Source of the DNA: a virus
Lineage: Duplodnaviria > Heunggongvirae > Uroviricota > Caudoviricetes
Virus record (IMG/VR): IMGVR_UViG_3300030294_000676
Strand: one strand, 5' to 3'
DNA length: 64,000 nt
Of this stretch, positions 54,117-63,999 are shown one piece after another. Position 1 is the first letter of the stretch. Every line of letters begins with the position of its first letter. The notes under the pieces are model-generated. The model was not told the origin of the DNA. It worked only from the letters and a program-made list of their open reading frames with translations, and searched no databases. The position numbers and the translations under genes are program-made.

Positions 54117-55131
54117 GTGTAACTAATATTAATAATTTTTTGAATTCAGCAAGACCTTGTTTAATGTGACCATTTGTAACAGGAATTACTTTAGATTTAT
54201 ATGTAGGAATAGTTTCAACAACTACCATATTCATTTTACATTGATAATCGATTCCTGATGATTGCATTAAGCAACTCATTAACCAACCATACATTGCCAT
54301 TTGTCTATAATAGTGAAATTTTTGAAAAGATCCTTCGTGTTGAATAGTATCTCCTTCTGCATTTACAGATTTTCCTCCCATAAAGAAATTCACTGGTTTA
54401 CCTGTTGTTTTAAGATCATTTAGTGTAAGTTCTTTAGTTTCATGATTAACTGTAAAATTATCAAGTTTGGCTTTTAATTTAGCTCGTTTAGTAATTCCGT
54501 CAACTGTTACATCAACTTCTACAAATATTGCATATTCATTAAAAACTTCAGGAGTTTGTAATAATCCTTCAGGATATAATACTTTTTTAATTGCAGGATT
54601 AGCTGCAATACCATTCATACATAAATCATGTTTATCTTGCGTTGCTTGAGATAAGTATAATGTTTGTGTTCCAATTATTTCTTTAGCTCTTAAACGATTG
54701 ATATAAAAAGGAAGTGCAGTTTTTAAAGCTGTACTGATTCTAGTTTGTGTAAATTGACTAGAATAATAATCCGCCGATACAGAAGCTAACTTCATTGAAT
54801 CTTTAATACTGTATCCTTCTTTTCGAAATTTATATACTTCCTCAGTAAATAAGCCAAGTTTACCACTTGGTTTAGCTAAATTAGAAATCGTATAAAATTC
54901 TGGTTGTAATACACTAGCATGAACAGCAGATCCTAGTTCATAAGAACTTGAAAATCCACCTGAATATCCGTTAATATAATTCTCCATAGATCCTCCTTCA
55001 CTAGGGTCTATCAATGATAGTCTAGAATTAGAAATATAGTCTTTATATTCAGCACTGAAATATTCTTCATCACTAATTTTAATTAATGTAAAAGTGCCTG
55101 GAATTATTTTTATTTCCGCAATTTGCGCCAT
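54109..55131 (-). CDS. PD-(D/E)XK exonuclease (RecE/DUF3799-like)
   Basis: YISNSRL, ELGSAVH, KAKLDNF, LNDLKTT and YYRQMAMY. Confidence 0.8.
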   Translation of the reverse strand: MAQIAEIKIIPGTFTLIKISDEEYFSAEYKDYISNSRLSLIDPSEGGSMENYINGYSGGFSSSYELGSAVHASVLQPEFYTISNLAKPSGKLGLFTEEVYKFRKEGYSIKDSMKLASVSADYYSSQFTQTRISTALKTALPFYINRLRAKEIIGTQTLYLSQATQDKHDLCMNGIAANPAIKKVLYPEGLLQTPEVFNEYAIFVEVDVTVDGITKRAKLKAKLDNFTVNHETKELTLNDLKTTGKPVNFFMGGKSVNAEGDTIQHEGSFQKFHYYRQMAMYGWLMSCLMQSSGIDYQCKMNMVVVETIPTYKSKVIPVTNGHIKQGLAEFKKLLILVTHG

Positions 55132-55616
55132 AAACTTAATATAGTTTCGATATCTAATGTATAGATTCGATATTCAGTGTTTATGTGTTGATTGTGAGGA
55201 GCATCCATAAGTAAACAGAAAATTCCGCTCTTATTACATTCTTTAAATGTTTCATATTTATCATCAATAAATAAGTCACAATCTAAACTCTTCAACAACT
55301 CCACTTTACTCTGACCCCAGTGTACTTGGTGTACATTGCTTCTTCCGGGTATATTATGTTTCCTCAAGGACGCTATCGTCCAATCTTTATTAATACCTCG
55401 TGCACTTACGAAACCTCTTGGGATAAAGTTCGGTTTGTTTTTAATTGTCAAATTCATCCAAAAATCCTTTTCATCAGAAAGAATTTTTAATCGTTTACCC
55501 ATTCGCTTAGTCTTATCCCATTTACTAGGAACCGCACAATTAAAGCGTTTAGCATAATCACGATGCCAATCAAAAATAACGTCATCAATATCTAAATATA
55601 CATTCATATTCTTCAT
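55110..55616 (-). CDS. HAD-family 5'(3')-deoxyribonucleotidase-like protein
   Basis: YLDIDDVIFD, FVSAR, SK, LFIDD and APHN. Confidence 0.75.
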   Translation of the reverse strand: MKNMNVYLDIDDVIFDWHRDYAKRFNCAVPSKWDKTKRMGKRLKILSDEKDFWMNLTIKNKPNFIPRGFVSARGINKDWTIASLRKHNIPGRSNVHQVHWGQSKVELLKSLDCDLFIDDKYETFKECNKSGIFCLLMDAPHNQHINTEYRIYTLDIETILSLWRKLRK

Positions 55617-55633
55617 TTTATTTTTTAATTTAT

Positions 55634-55843
55634 CTATTTTTCTATCAACACATTGTTCAAACTTAATTGACCAATATATTCTTCAGAAGATTCTTTATTC
55701 CAACCTGTAGAAAAATATCCTAAAGTTGAATAATCCTCTGTTTTAATAATAAATCCTTCGTAACATTTACGATCTGGATTTATATCAGTTTTAGTACAGA
55801 ATATTACAACTGTACCTAATTTGTAAAGCTTACCTTTTATCAT
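55634..55843 (-). CDS. Small hypothetical protein
   Basis: 69 aa; TAG stop. Confidence 0.5.
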   Translation of the reverse strand: MIKGKLYKLGTVVIFCTKTDINPDRKCYEGFIIKTEDYSTLGYFSTGWNKESSEEYIGQLSLNNVLIEK

Positions 55844-56231
55844 TATGACTTTTTAATAATTCATAAAAAAATTCTTTTGGAATAATAGCGTACTCACCGT
55901 TTGAAGTAATATTTGTATTTCCTTCTTTCTTTTCCTGTATATTCCATATAATACACAAAGGTTTATCCTTTAGTCCAACTTCTGCATTAATTTTCTTAAC
56001 GCTTGGGGTACTTTGTGTTTTCTTAGTCTGAATATAACAAGGAATAGCATTGTCGGGATCTGAAATATCAATTTTCATATCATCTAATTTCTTAGATTCA
56101 CTTCGTGCAGTACATATGTTCTCATTACCTGTTAATTCTTTTAGCTCATTTACAATTTGTCTTTCGTAAGTATTACCTTTTTGTTTGGAATAACCCGAAC
56201 TCCTTTTCTTCTTCGGTTTTTCAACCGTCAC
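55830..56231 (-). CDS. Holliday junction resolvase-like PD-(D/E)XK nuclease
   Basis: SKQKGNTYER...KIDI...YIQTKK; next to the primase. Confidence 0.75.
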   Translation of the reverse strand: MTVEKPKKKRSSGYSKQKGNTYERQIVNELKELTGNENICTARSESKKLDDMKIDISDPDNAIPCYIQTKKTQSTPSVKKINAEVGLKDKPLCIIWNIQEKKEGNTNITSNGEYAIIPKEFFYELLKSHNDKR

Positions 56232-56239
56232 CTCTCCTT

Positions 56240-57253
56240 CTACTCAAGTGGTAGATTCGTCTTTCTTTTTTCTAGCCATTCTTCTATTAAATTAAATGTT
56301 TTTAATGTTCCATACTTTTTGACATAATCAGTAAAGTCTTTTACTTTTGGAACTAAGAGTACTTTTACACCTGGAAAGGCTTTCCTAATTTTATTGGCAG
56401 CTTTAACACCCGGTAGATCCCTATCGTATAACAAATAAATATCTTTAAATTTAAGCTGTAATTTTTCATACTGAGCTTGAGTTAAGAATATATTTTCACT
56501 ATTAGGGGCTACTGCTGTTATACCAAATTCATCTAAAGCCATTACGTCTTTAAGTGATTTAGTTATTACAATGAAATCTCCAGATTTTGATAGTTGTTTG
56601 GCACCTTGAATCATCGTTGATTTCCAATTGCTAAGAAACCTATAGTTTCTTTTAGTTGGCATATATAATCGCCACAACTCATCACCATCTGAAGTATTTC
56701 CACCATAATATCCATAAATAGGACAAGATTCTGTAGAAGATGAAAAATAAACTCCATTTAAGAAAACAGATTTTATAGAAAACACCTTATACTTTTTAAG
56801 GGTTACGATTGATACACCAAATGAATTCCACCAATCCAATTCTTTTCGGCTAAAGTCCTTGACTTCAACTTGAATGTTCGCCTTTTCAGTTTCCTGTAAG
56901 ATTGAACCTGAATATGGTATAAGTGGAGGATTCATTTGCATATTATCTACTTTTATAATTCCAAAATCATTAGCAATAATTCTTAAAGCTTTATAATAAT
57001 TACATTGAAAAATATGCATTACTGCGCCGAGAAAGTCGAAACTTGGTCCAGCAAAGTCTTTAAAAAATAGAGTACCTTTTTTATCCTTATAAAAGCTACA
57101 TGTTGGTGTATGATCAACCCTCAAAGTGGGTGGACTCTTGAATAGTCCTTTTTTAATAGATACTCCCAAGTAATGTTCCATGAACGTTTCTTGGGAGTAT
57201 TTTGTGAGTAAAAGTTCTTTAGTTATCTTTGGTGCTATATCTAATTCGTACAT
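56240..57253 (-). CDS. dnaG: DNA primase (crAss DnaG-like: Zn-binding-like N-terminus + TOPRIM)
   Basis: RVDHTPTCSFY...FKDFA, VITKSLKDV, LLYDRDLPG and KDFTD. Confidence 0.8.
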   Translation of the reverse strand: MYELDIAPKITKELLLTKYSQETFMEHYLGVSIKKGLFKSPPTLRVDHTPTCSFYKDKKGTLFFKDFAGPSFDFLGAVMHIFQCNYYKALRIIANDFGIIKVDNMQMNPPLIPYSGSILQETEKANIQVEVKDFSRKELDWWNSFGVSIVTLKKYKVFSIKSVFLNGVYFSSSTESCPIYGYYGGNTSDGDELWRLYMPTKRNYRFLSNWKSTMIQGAKQLSKSGDFIVITKSLKDVMALDEFGITAVAPNSENIFLTQAQYEKLQLKFKDIYLLYDRDLPGVKAANKIRKAFPGVKVLLVPKVKDFTDYVKKYGTLKTFNLIEEWLEKRKTNLPLE

Positions 57254-57273
57254 AGTATTAATTGTTTAAGTCA

Positions 57274-57281
57274 CAAAGATA
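57274..57281 (-). promoter_or_regulatory. TAnnTTTG -7 element upstream of the primase
   Basis: The minus strand reads TATCTTTG(TG), 20 nt before the ATG. Confidence 0.55.
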
Positions 57282-57292
57282 ATCAAAAGTTT

Positions 57293-58009
57293 TTACAAAT
57301 TTGGCATTTCAAATGAGAAATCTAAAGGATCGCTCTGGGTTGTTGTTATATTAATTGGAGTATTAGTACGTGCCGTATTAGCCATTGGAGTTGGTCTTGC
57401 GGTAGCTGCGTTATTAATACGAGTAAGTTCATAAGTACTAAACGCTAGTTTTTCACCCATGAAGTTATTTCTGATATACGCTTTACCTTCTCTACTCACG
57501 CCTGAGAAGAATCCTGGAAACTGTGCTTCTCCTTTATTATTAATCATTAATTTGATTTTAGTTTCAGTACCTTTACCTGAATCAAGAATTTGTGAAACTA
57601 AAAGTCTCAATCCATTCCAATCTGGTGCTCCAAGGTTTTTAGAACCATCATCGATTTGTTTACCTACTTTTGGTGCAATAGCATCAATCGCATGTTTAAA
57701 CAATAACATCATATTTTCTACTCCAGATGCTTGTGGAATTTTTTCAGTCTTACCGTCTTTAGTGAACTCAGTCTCTGTTCTGCTAAAATCCGCTTGCTTT
57801 GGTTCAAAAATAGTATGTTCAAAAGTTCCATCTTCGTTAGAAAATTTCAATTTCAAAACTTTATACGTCATAGATGGATCTTTAACACCTTTGATATCAA
57901 CGATTTCACAACCGTCAAATTTTACAGTATAGATATCATTACCTGTTAATCTCGATTTTGCAGCACTTTGTGAAGCACCTGCTGTTGTATTAAATGAAAA
58001 TGCACTCAT
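57293..58009 (-). CDS. Putative single-stranded DNA-binding protein
   Basis: Beta-rich core, flexible linker and acidic/aromatic tail (DPLDFSFEMPNL); lies between the primase and the AAA_24 gene as in crAss modules. Confidence 0.65.
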   Translation of the reverse strand: MSAFSFNTTAGASQSAAKSRLTGNDIYTVKFDGCEIVDIKGVKDPSMTYKVLKLKFSNEDGTFEHTIFEPKQADFSRTETEFTKDGKTEKIPQASGVENMMLLFKHAIDAIAPKVGKQIDDGSKNLGAPDWNGLRLLVSQILDSGKGTETKIKLMINNKGEAQFPGFFSGVSREGKAYIRNNFMGEKLAFSTYELTRINNAATARPTPMANTARTNTPINITTTQSDPLDFSFEMPNL

Positions 58010-58021
58010 TATTTATTATAA

Positions 58022-58591
58022 TTACAATTTAAATGTGAATTCATCTATTTGGGTAGTTTCATCTGATTCAACTAACAAGTCAGGCTCAGTAGCCTCTGCT
58101 TGTGAGATAACGTCCTCTAATGAGAACGAAGGAGTTGGCGATTGCTCGTTGCTCACTTCTTTTTTAGGTGTTTTGGAAACTAATTTCCATACACCTTCGG
58201 ATAATGGTTCCAAAGTAAATTCAGAACCAAATTCAGCTAATACTGTATTTGCCTTACCTTTATATGTTACCGTATTAGATTTAGTTACTTTGTTACCAGC
58301 TTCTTCATCTTTACGAATAATAGGGGACATTACTCTACCTGATTTTTTATATTCAATCACAATACGCTGTTCGTATTCTAGTTCCATATCGGCAACAGCT
58401 TTATTATTGAATACTAATTTATTAGATTCTAGGGTGATTAAGGACTCGCTTGCCATTTCTTCGACAGCTTCTTTTAATTTCTTAGTGGTAGTAGTTTTTT
58501 TAGCTTTTACTTCACTACCTACGGTTTTAATATTCGTAACTTCTTCAGTCTCTGTATTAAAATCAAATGTTATTGCAATTTGTTTGATCAT
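58022..58591 (-). CDS. Conserved crAss-like hypothetical protein
   Basis: 189 aa; GNKVTKSNTVTYKG motif. Confidence 0.6.
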   Translation of the reverse strand: MIKQIAITFDFNTETEEVTNIKTVGSEVKAKKTTTTKKLKEAVEEMASESLITLESNKLVFNNKAVADMELEYEQRIVIEYKKSGRVMSPIIRKDEEAGNKVTKSNTVTYKGKANTVLAEFGSEFTLEPLSEGVWKLVSKTPKKEVSNEQSPTPSFSLEDVISQAEATEPDLLVESDETTQIDEFTFKL

Positions 58592-59289
58592 TACTCTGCG
58601 TTATTATATTCGTTGATTTTATCAAATACAAGTTGTAAATCGTTGTCGATATACAATTCATCAAAACATCCCATAGGAGTTTTGGCTGTAGTTGTTCCAT
58701 CTGTTTGAGTCATAAATTTATACTGCATGTTACCTTCATCATCTTTAGTATTACAAGTAAAAATTACATAAGTAAATAAACCTTCAACAGTAATCATGTT
58801 GTCAATCATTTTACCCATAGTTTTAATCTTGAAACTAGGATTCAAAGCATCACCAATATTTTCAGAATGAGTAAGTATAAATACTTTTAAATCATCCCTC
58901 ATATTCATACCTTCTTTTAATACCGAATAAAAGTGCTGAGCAATTTGTGTAAACTTGTCAAACCCCTTTTCAGAGGCTCTATCCATCGCTTCAAAACTCA
59001 TTAAATATTGACTATCGTCAATAATAACTTGTTCAATGTGTGGCATTGTCATGTTTATCACTTTTAAAATTTGTCCGATTTTTTCAACACTTGACGTGTT
59101 ATAAAGATTTCCAACATAACCACGTCCATCAGGAGCTGGGGTTAATGCTTTATAATTCTTTCTAAACCCTCTGATCGGAAGGGGTTTGTTTGCTACATTT
59201 ATCACAAATGTTTTTGTTGGGTCTAAGTTTCTAAGAGAGGTTGATTTTCCTGAACCACTACCTCCAACGATTGCGCCTAATTCTGCCAT
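58591..59289 (-). CDS. AAA_24/Sak4-like ATPase (ssDNA-annealing)
   Basis: IVGGSGSGKSTS, IIDDSQY, ILTHSE and AKTPMG. Confidence 0.85.
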   Translation of the reverse strand: MAELGAIVGGSGSGKSTSLRNLDPTKTFVINVANKPLPIRGFRKNYKALTPAPDGRGYVGNLYNTSSVEKIGQILKVINMTMPHIEQVIIDDSQYLMSFEAMDRASEKGFDKFTQIAQHFYSVLKEGMNMRDDLKVFILTHSENIGDALNPSFKIKTMGKMIDNMITVEGLFTYVIFTCNTKDDEGNMQYKFMTQTDGTTTAKTPMGCFDELYIDNDLQLVFDKINEYNNAE

Positions 59290-59291
59290 TT

Positions 59292-60362
59292 TTAAAATTT
59301 AAATACGTTTTTTTCATCAATTTCTTCATCTGGTTTCGTATTTATCTGTGTACTATGATTTAACGTTAAGTATGGCTCATAATCGCCAATTTCCTCTGGT
59401 TTAGGTAATTCTCTAAACATTCCTATTTCTCCATAAAAACCTAATCCTAAATTAACATCAGACTGTCCATAACGATTCTTAAGAATCTGACATAACCTAA
59501 AGCGTTTCTTTAGTATGTTTTGTATTGGATAACCCTCGCATCTAGCAATTTTTTCTCTATGAGGGAAGTATAGACCTATAACAACCTCAGAACCATCAGT
59601 AGTTCCAGAAGTGTCTTTGAAATCATCCAATTGGATAAGTTCATAACCGGAGTTTTTTCTCTCCATTGACTTAGCACCTCTATTTAATTGTTGAACAAAT
59701 ACGCCAGTTAAACCACATTTATTTCTTAAATAAATCATAGTATCAACTACTGTATCAATCCTAACTTTTTTAGAGTCAGTACCACTTATAAGACCAACGT
59801 GATCTATGAGAACAACCTTATAACGACTAGGATCACTATCCTTATAGTCCTCAGTGTGTTCATCAACTTGAATGAATTCGCCGAATTGACTTAGCCAATT
59901 TCTACAAGTTACATAAATTCCATTAGGTGTTAATGCTTTGTCATAGATAACAAGATGTTTCTCTAATCCTAATAACCATCCTTCGGACCTGCGCACAAGC
60001 TCCATGTGACGGTCAGATATTGGTGATGTAAGAGATAAAATATCCTCATAGGTTACAATTTCTCCATATGCATCCCATATATGACGCGATAACAATTTGG
60101 CATATAGCACATCGGCAGCCATTTCAAAAGAATAGTATAAAATGGAAATGGGAGTATTTCCTGCATTCTTAATAAGATTATAAATAAAGACATCAAGCGC
60201 GAATGATGTCTTACCTCCCGAGGTATCAGCCCCAATGGTATAAAGATATTTCTTTTGGATTCCATAAATTACTTTATCCAATTTAGGAATTCCAGTTGAA
60301 ATTCCAATATTTTTACCTTGTTGACCCCTCTTTACGTTTTTATATAATTTAGCTACACCCAT
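59292..60362 (-). CDS. dnaB: DnaB-like replicative helicase
   Basis: IGADTSGGKT, YSFEM, VLIDHVG, QQLNR and ILKNRYG. Confidence 0.85.
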   Translation of the reverse strand: MGVAKLYKNVKRGQQGKNIGISTGIPKLDKVIYGIQKKYLYTIGADTSGGKTSFALDVFIYNLIKNAGNTPISILYYSFEMAADVLYAKLLSRHIWDAYGEIVTYEDILSLTSPISDRHMELVRRSEGWLLGLEKHLVIYDKALTPNGIYVTCRNWLSQFGEFIQVDEHTEDYKDSDPSRYKVVLIDHVGLISGTDSKKVRIDTVVDTMIYLRNKCGLTGVFVQQLNRGAKSMERKNSGYELIQLDDFKDTSGTTDGSEVVIGLYFPHREKIARCEGYPIQNILKKRFRLCQILKNRYGQSDVNLGLGFYGEIGMFRELPKPEEIGDYEPYLTLNHSTQINTKPDEEIDEKNVFKF

Positions 60363-60976
60363 TACAATAGTTCTGAATTATTGTAGCCATTCACATTACC
60401 ACTATCTCTTATATATTCAATCTCAACCCATTTATGAGATGCGATGTATTCAATGATAGAATAAGCAATTAAATTATGCTCTTTTCCATATTCAAGGGCA
60501 TTCATAACTCTTTCATGAGTTACTCCAGCAGCCTTTATCGCCTTCGAATAATATAAACAAAACTCATCAAACGAGTACAAACCAGCTTTGGTAAAGTTTT
60601 TAATGCTACACATTTTACCATTAATATTGATAAAAGGTGGGTAAGCATCAAATAACTCTTTTCCAATCTCATTAGATTCTCGAGCATACATTTTAATAAA
60701 ATTCTTATTAAAAGGTATATTTTGATAGTTCAACGATTCTCCTTCACAGGGTACTTTAAATGTTGATAGTATTACTTTCTTCTCTTTTAGTGAAACTAAA
60801 ACCTGTCTAAATAATTGTTTTCCGTCTTGAACGTTTGACAAATAATTTATTAATTGGCTAGAGTCACCATCAATTGCTAAAAATAGTAATCGTAATATAA
60901 ATAGTTCTGTAGGTGTTAACCCGCTATTTATATAAATATTGATTTCTTCTTTCGAAGAAAGTTCAAATTGTTGCAT
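60362..60976 (-). CDS. Hypothetical protein, possible replication initiator/helicase loader
   Basis: 204 aa, TAATG-coupled to DnaB; function inferred from position only. Confidence 0.5.
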   Translation of the reverse strand: MQQFELSSKEEINIYINSGLTPTELFILRLLFLAIDGDSSQLINYLSNVQDGKQLFRQVLVSLKEKKVILSTFKVPCEGESLNYQNIPFNKNFIKMYARESNEIGKELFDAYPPFININGKMCSIKNFTKAGLYSFDEFCLYYSKAIKAAGVTHERVMNALEYGKEHNLIAYSIIEYIASHKWVEIEYIRDSGNVNGYNNSELL

Positions 60977-61070
60977 TAATTGTAGTTTAAAACTACGCTT
61001 TCCTTTCCTGTAATATCCTTTAAGGGATTGTAATAATGGGTTTTTGGTAAGTTGTGGGTTTATAAAAAAC

Positions 61071-61358
61071 TTATCTAATCATATCACAAGCACAGTCATG
61101 ACCAATTAAGGCTTCTTCCCATGTTGAATATCGATCTTGATACATATCGTATTCTCCACCAAAGATCATTGTTTCAAATAATAACGGAACACCGTCACCA
61201 AATTGATGATCTATAGCTAAAAATACTGTTGAAACTTCAGCACAACCAATAACAGTCTTTGCGACTATTCTGTTCATTGTTGACATCTGTATCGACCACT
61301 CTGTTAAATCATCACATTTAACAGGTGTTTTTCCGTCTAAAATATACATTCCATTCAT
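61071..61358 (-). CDS. Conserved phage hypothetical protein
   Basis: VSTVFLAIDH...LFETMIFGG...RYSTWEEA..GH motif. Confidence 0.65.
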   Translation of the reverse strand: MNGMYILDGKTPVKCDDLTEWSIQMSTMNRIVAKTVIGCAEVSTVFLAIDHQFGDGVPLLFETMIFGGEYDMYQDRYSTWEEALIGHDCACDMIR

Positions 61359-61361
61359 ATT

Positions 61362-62594
61362 CTAAAATCTAAACATTTGACCTACTTCTTTGGCTTCATG
61401 AACCAAATTTTCAGACTCATTGAAGTCTAGTATTTCATCTAATTCAGCTTCAGTTATTTCTATATAACTTTTACCTGCTGATGATGTACTAAACCATCCC
61501 TCTTCCATAGTTCCCTTGATAACAAGTGTAAATATTTCAGCTTTCTTACCTTCTTCATACCGTATAACTCTTCCAACTCGTTGAGTTTTCTGAGTTTGTG
61601 AGGATGTATTAGATAATACAACTGCAACACTTAAACCTTTAACATCAGCACCTTCATCCAAACTTTTCGCAGTATGTACAACACCTGTTGATAGTTTAGC
61701 GAAATCTTCCATTGTTATTCTGTTCTTCTTTTTAGTGTTACCAGAATGGACAACAAATCCTCCACCAATCTTTTCAGCTTGTGCTATTGTTGACGAAAAC
61801 GTAATTGCCTTTTCATTTGGTCTGGCAGCTAAAATTTTACGAGCAATTTCTATTTTCTTAGGATGTTCCATTACGTATTTCTTACGAGCACGTAAAGCTC
61901 TTCCCCAAGTAAAAACAACTGCATCTAATTCTGCAACAGCCATACCCATTTTCTTTCCATATATTCTACGGGCAATTATGTTAGTCATACAATCCATAGC
62001 TAACTTAAAGTCGAAATCAAATACAGCGAACGCTTCATTGAATTCTCTATTTGCCTTTTTATATATTTCAATATCATCAGGTTCAATAATTATCTTATAC
62101 TCAACGTAAGGGGATAACCATTTGTTTTCAATAGCTTCTTTAACAGTAACTGTATCACATACTGGGCAATAACGCTCAAGTAATTCGTGTCTACCATCAA
62201 GTCTACTAAAAGTTGCTGACAAACCTAATACTATTTTCGGTTGTCTATTTTGAAATATATTATAAAAAGTATCAGATGCATATCTATGACATTCATCTAA
62301 TAAAATAAAATCAACTTCGGATTTTATTTTTGCAGCAGTATTAATTATCTCAACAGATACTGCATAAAGAAGATTGTGTTTCGATAGTTCTTGAATCCAC
62401 TGAATTTTTAAATGTTCAGTAGGTACAACAACCACAATAACTCGATCTTTGTTTTTAGTTAGAAATGCTTTGATAGCCATAATGGCACTAAATGTTTTCC
62501 CGAATCCGGTACAATACATCCAACTACCTCTACAGCCATTCGCCATCCACTTTCTAACTCCTTCTTTTTGACGCTCGGTTCTATCAAGTGTCAT
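61362..62594 (-). CDS. Superfamily 2 (DExH) helicase
   Basis: CTGFGKT, LDECH, LSAT, SLDEGAD and QRVGRVIR. Confidence 0.9.
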   Translation of the reverse strand: MTLDRTERQKEGVRKWMANGCRGSWMYCTGFGKTFSAIMAIKAFLTKNKDRVIVVVVPTEHLKIQWIQELSKHNLLYAVSVEIINTAAKIKSEVDFILLDECHRYASDTFYNIFQNRQPKIVLGLSATFSRLDGRHELLERYCPVCDTVTVKEAIENKWLSPYVEYKIIIEPDDIEIYKKANREFNEAFAVFDFDFKLAMDCMTNIIARRIYGKKMGMAVAELDAVVFTWGRALRARKKYVMEHPKKIEIARKILAARPNEKAITFSSTIAQAEKIGGGFVVHSGNTKKKNRITMEDFAKLSTGVVHTAKSLDEGADVKGLSVAVVLSNTSSQTQKTQRVGRVIRYEEGKKAEIFTLVIKGTMEEGWFSTSSAGKSYIEITEAELDEILDFNESENLVHEAKEVGQMFRF

Positions 62595-62650
62595 TTAAAA
62601 AATTTATTATCATACTTTTAAGTACTTGGTTGATTAAAAATTTATCTACA

Positions 62651-62658
62651 CAAAGATA
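62651..62658 (-). promoter_or_regulatory. TAnnTTTG -7 element upstream of the SF2 helicase
   Basis: The minus strand reads TATCTTTG(TG), with a TTG about 20 nt upstream; intergenic. Confidence 0.55.
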
Positions 62659-62697
62659 CAAAAAAATCTTGACATATACAACTAAATTAACATATAT

Positions 62698-63999
62698 TTA
62701 GAATAATGATAACTGAGTTGATTCAATTTGATTAATAATTTTCTTGGCTTCAAGTATATAGAAATCATAATTTATATCATATTCACCCATAGGTTTTTCA
62801 ACATAGGTGTTGAATATCGTAACTATAAATCCTATATTCACTCCAGATATCTTACCATTATTAAAATTCTTTCTTAATGATCCTCCGTGATTGGAGATAT
62901 AATATCGGGTAGTTCTACTTAAATCCATTACTTTTATTTGTTGAGCTTCTTCATCAATATATTTATACTGTGCAGTAGAATCTCTATTAGTTCTTAATCT
63001 CATTCCAAAATCATAAATATTGGTGTGACTTCTAATAGTAGTTTCTACAGGTATTCCATCAAAGAAATACTTCTCTAATGCAATACGTACAACTTTCATT
63101 GATGGATCTTTATGTAATTCTCTATCAATTTCAAAATCGCCTTTAGCTTTAATTTTTCCATCAATATATCTAGCAGAATAGTTGTTAACATCTCTAATTA
63201 CCATTTTATTATAATAGTTAGCTTCATAACTTAATCCTACAGATTCACATAATTCAGTAGACAACTGCAAAATACCTTCATGATGTTTTCTTGGAATACG
63301 CATAGTCCAACCATCAGTATTTACTTGAATAATTGTAACATCATCAAATTTTTCACATACTTTCTCCATCCACATTGAGATGAATATTTGACCACTAATG
63401 GTCGTTGTTAAGGTATACAACGGATCATATAACCAACTGTCTTCAGAATTAGTTTTACCGTAACTTCCATTGGCAGCAAGTTTAAATCCTTCAACAATTA
63501 CAAAATCTCGTTCCTTTTTCGGTTTCTTCTTTTCAGCTAAACGTTTAGAAACGATTTCTCCATCGTAGATATCCACAAATTCAGATCCTAAATGCTCAGG
63601 AAATACTCTTTGTGAAATACCTAACATTGGATACATTGCATCAACATCTACATCAAGTATCATATAATAATCATCTGCATTATAAACTCCAGCTTTAATT
63701 GAAGCATGAGCTCCTCCTGCACCAAAATCTATTTTTGTTTGATTATATATGACACTATGTGCAAATACACCTTTTAAAATAGCATCATGAATATGTGTTG
63801 ATCGAAACTTTTCAACCAATCCTAAGAAAGGTTTAGTTCGTAGGTCACACCAAGCTGGAATACAATCATCTAATTTAATTAGAGGTCTGTAACTTCTAGC
63901 TTTTCGAACTTCTTTCATATTGAAACCAAATTTATCACAATAAAGTTTTAAAATTAATTCAGTACCTAATTTAATATCGTTGTAATTAATACAATCAAT
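62698..63999 (-). CDS. polB: Family B DNA polymerase (C-terminal part; gene runs off the window end)
   Basis: LDVDVDAMYP (motif A), KLAANGSYGK (B) and QVNTDG (C); the frame stays open to 63999. Confidence 0.9.
   Translation of the reverse strand: MDCINYNDIKLGTELILKLYCDKFGFNMKEVRKARSYRPLIKLDDCIPAWCDLRTKPFLGLVEKFRSTHIHDAILKGVFAHSVIYNQTKIDFGAGGAHASIKAGVYNADDYYMILDVDVDAMYPMLGISQRVFPEHLGSEFVDIYDGEIVSKRLAEKKKPKKERDFVIVEGFKLAANGSYGKTNSEDSWLYDPLYTLTTTISGQIFISMWMEKVCEKFDDVTIIQVNTDGWTMRIPRKHHEGILQLSTELCESVGLSYEANYYNKMVIRDVNNYSARYIDGKIKAKGDFEIDRELHKDPSMKVVRIALEKYFFDGIPVETTIRSHTNIYDFGMRLRTNRDSTAQYKYIDEEAQQIKVMDLSRTTRYYISNHGGSLRKNFNNGKISGVNIGFIVTIFNTYVEKPMGEYDINYDFYILEAKKIINQIESTQLSLF

Noticed and set aside
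57459-58616. + strand ORFs 57459-57932, 57731-57949 and 58035-58616
   Set aside because: Antisense shadows of the SSB-like and neighbouring genes.
60977-61070. Short palindrome GTAGTTT-A-AAACTAC upstream of the putative initiator gene as a replication origin
   Set aside because: Only 7 bp in AT-rich DNA with no iterons; indistinguishable from chance without skew analysis.
39480-62594. TAG=Gln reassignment as seen in other crAss phages
   Set aside because: TAG ends several complete-looking genes at coupled boundaries (39480, 41553, 43502, 53730, 54109, 55634, 56240, 61362).
59292-63999. Inteins or group I introns in DnaB, SF2 helicase or PolB (and in RNAP)
   Set aside because: Lengths and motif spacing are compact, with no C/S...HN-C/S/T intein signature or interrupted motif seen in the visible parts.
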